NCBI GenBank assembly: GCA_041665145.1
Contig: JBAYJK010000002.1
Span: 40,339 to 104,338, forward strand
Direction: 5' to 3'
Source of the DNA: Patescibacteria group bacterium
GTDB taxonomy: Bacteria > Patescibacteriota > Microgenomatia > UBA1406
Length of the DNA: 64,000 bases
Positions 62,110-64,000 of the stretch are shown here, piece after piece. Under the pieces are notes generated by a model. The model was not told the DNA's origin, ran no database searches, and was given only the letters and a program-made list of their open reading frames with translations. Within the stretch, counting starts at the first letter, position 1, and every line of letters starts with the position of its first letter. The position numbers and the translations under genes are program-made.

Positions 62110-63195
62110 TTACTGCATGAACAGTTTCCGAATATCATTCAGTGAAATTGCTGCTATCAGGAATAACAGGAACATGAATCCTACCGCATTTATCTTTGCT
62201 TTTATCTGATCATTGATCTTCCTCCTCGTTACGAGCTCGTACATAACAAACGCGAATTGACCTCCATCAAGGGCGGGAAACGGGATAATATTAATGAGCG
62301 CGAGGTTCAGTGACAACAGACCAAGAAGCTGCAACACTGAGTCAAATCCGTCTTTTACTGCTTGCCCGGTAAGCTGTGCTATTCCCACTGGCCCACTCAC
62401 GTCTACTTGCTGCTTTTGCAGAGTGACAAGCTTGCCTACCATCCCAACCAGCTGCTGATAAAACTGAGCACTGATCGATAAAGATTCTTTCAAGCCCGCA
62501 AAAGGAGCCTCGACCCATGAATAGCTCTTCTTCATTACATCAGTAATGACAAGCCCGAGCATTCCCTGTCCTGCCGGAGGGTCTTTCCGCGGAGTGAGTG
62601 ACACGCTCATATTTTTACCATCGCGCTTGTAGTGCAGCGTAATTAGCATACCGGCGTTTTTCTTAGCTGTAGAGATTAATTCCTGAACCGTAGTTACCGG
62701 AAAGGCTTTCTCGCCGGGTTTTTCGATACTTACGACTATGTCGTTTTTACGCAAATTCGCTTCCGCAGCAGGAGAGTTTTTCTCGACTGAGACCACCGTT
62801 ACTTTGTGCGCAGGGACATATACTCCCTTTGTAAAAAGGTACGAGATCACCACAACCGCCAGCATAAAATTCATAAACGGGCCGGCAACTATCACGAGCG
62901 CCCTCTGCCACCATGGTTTCTGATAGAACGCTCTTCCCTTTAGGCTTTTGTCTTTAGACTTGTTACTTACCTCCGTGGGATCTTCTCCATAAATTTTGAC
63001 AAATCCTCCAAAGGGCAAAAGGTTAATCGAATACAGGGTATCGCCGATTTTTATTCCCCACACGCGCGGCGGTAACCCGAGACCGAATTCCTGGACAAGC
63101 ATGCCGCTTTTCTTGGCTACAAAGAAATGTCCAAATTCATGGATTACGACAAGAATAGAAAGAACAAGGAAAAATACAAGAAGGGTGACAATCAT
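62110..63195 (-). CDS. rseP: RIP site-2 metalloprotease RseP
   Basis: VIHEFGHFFVAK (HExxH), central PDZ, NLALINIIPFPALDGG. Confidence 0.9.
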   Translation of the reverse strand: MIVTLLVFFLVLSILVVIHEFGHFFVAKKSGMLVQEFGLGLPPRVWGIKIGDTLYSINLLPFGGFVKIYGEDPTEVSNKSKDKSLKGRAFYQKPWWQRALVIVAGPFMNFMLAVVVISYLFTKGVYVPAHKVTVVSVEKNSPAAEANLRKNDIVVSIEKPGEKAFPVTTVQELISTAKKNAGMLITLHYKRDGKNMSVSLTPRKDPPAGQGMLGLVITDVMKKSYSWVEAPFAGLKESLSISAQFYQQLVGMVGKLVTLQKQQVDVSGPVGIAQLTGQAVKDGFDSVLQLLGLLSLNLALINIIPFPALDGGQFAFVMYELVTRRKINDQIKAKINAVGFMFLLFLIAAISLNDIRKLFMQ

Positions 63196-63285
63196 TTAAT
63201 TTGCAATTCTTAATTTTTAATTTTTATTCAATTAACAATTTCCTAATTTATATTGAAAACTGAAAATTGAAAACTGAAAATTTAT

Positions 63286-63867
63286 TTATACGGTCATTAC
63301 TTCCTGTTCTTTACGACCCTTCATTTCATCGATCTTATCAGTATACTCTTTCGCGACTTTATCTATATCGGTTTCCGCTCGTCTTTTTTCATCTTCGGAC
63401 AGTTCCTTAGCTTCAAACGTAGTTTTCACTTTTTTCCGGATCTCGTCCCGCTCATGCCGCAGTGTTTCACGACCTTCTTCGGCAAATTGGGTAACCAATT
63501 TGACGTACTTCTCGCGCTGCTCTTGTGAAAGTGGAGGAGTTTTTGCGCGGATTTGAGTTCCTGAAACACTGACACTGAAACCGAGACTTGAATCCCTGAT
63601 CGCTTTCTCAATGTCCTGCAGTGTCGACTGGTCAAACGGACTGACAAGAATTTCCTGAGGTCCGGAAGTTGTTATGGTTGCGAGCTCGATCACTTTTAGC
63701 GTCGCCTGACCCCCATATGTTGTAACCGAGATGTTCTCGACTAACGCGGGAGAAGCACGGCCGGTACGAATGGACGCCAGATTATCCCGTGTATAGGTTA
63801 AGACGTCCTCGAGTGATGACCTGAATTCCTGTAAAGATATCATGGAAATATTATACATAATTGTCAA
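63286..63867 (-). CDS. frr: ribosome recycling factor
   Basis: IRTGRASPALVENI, IRAKTPPLSQEQREK, RHERDEIRKK. The start may be the ATG at 63843. Confidence 0.9.
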   Translation of the reverse strand: MTIMYNISMISLQEFRSSLEDVLTYTRDNLASIRTGRASPALVENISVTTYGGQATLKVIELATITTSGPQEILVSPFDQSTLQDIEKAIRDSSLGFSVSVSGTQIRAKTPPLSQEQREKYVKLVTQFAEEGRETLRHERDEIRKKVKTTFEAKELSEDEKRRAETDIDKVAKEYTDKIDEMKGRKEQEVMTV

Positions 63868-64000
63868 AAACTGTATAGTTCTTATTTCTTAGTTCTAAGT
63901 TCTCAAAGAGTTCTTAAGTCACAGTTCTTAAACAATAGTTGTTTAGTACTTAAGAACTTATCAGTTTCTTTAAGAACTGAGAAATGAGAACTAAGAACTC
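63868..64000. repeat. GAGAACT/AGTTCTTAAG-type word-repeat palindromic array (runs to the window edge)
   Basis: tagttcttatttcttagttctaagttctcaaagagttcttaag...cttaagaacttatcagtttctttaagaactgagaaatgagaactaagaactc. Confidence 0.8.

Overview
This is a 64-kb chromosomal fragment from a compact, moderately AT-rich bacterium. I read about 65 CDS, 4 tRNAs (Leu-TAG, Gly-TCC, Gly-CCC, Pro-CGG) and one stand-alone 5S rRNA. The genetic code looks standard, because TAA, TAG and TGA all end recognisable genes. Several traits suggest an uncultivated small-genome lineage such as Patescibacteria/CPR: short divergent housekeeping proteins, many orphan proteins, GT-C/GT4 envelope glycosylation genes, an unlinked 5S and an N-terminally truncated RF1. 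That placement is inference only, since no database search was possible. The recognisable backbone is: Xer recombinase, yebC, CPA2 antiporter, DksA/TraR, dnaB, RNase J, prfA, rpmE, HtrA, S41 protease, radA, rpsF-ssb-rpsR, cysS, obg, trpS, recR, prs, ybaB, dnaX, ybeY-like, rpsU, rseP and frr. There are also glycan genes: two GT-C, FkbM, two GH-like, an epimerase, GT4 and methyltransferases. Things worth a second look: (1) A single-gene island of about 60-75% GC (15608-17218) encodes an anchored protein with Asp-box-like motifs, beside tRNA-Gly. (2) tRNA loci are flanked by tRNA gene fragments that carry GC-rich palindromic inserts, including a GIY-YIG ORF plus an intact tRNA-Leu nested between a 5' and a 3' tRNA-Leu fragment. 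(3) Dispersed families of 'word-repeat' palindromic arrays fill nearly every intergenic spacer and also occur in frame inside radA, cysS, a GT4 gene and a nucleotidyltransferase gene. Tandem GC-rich hairpins likewise sit in frame inside obg. (4) An operon-like module of two ATP-grasp genes plus a SET-domain gene. (5) About 12 orphan cytosolic proteins are interleaved with housekeeping genes, many behind consensus -10 boxes only 5-8 nt from the start codon, which suggests leaderless transcripts. (6) A 28-bp dif-like 11-6-11 palindrome lies in a 1-kb non-coding gap next to the Xer gene. No CRISPR array, transposase, RT or classical defence gene was recognised.
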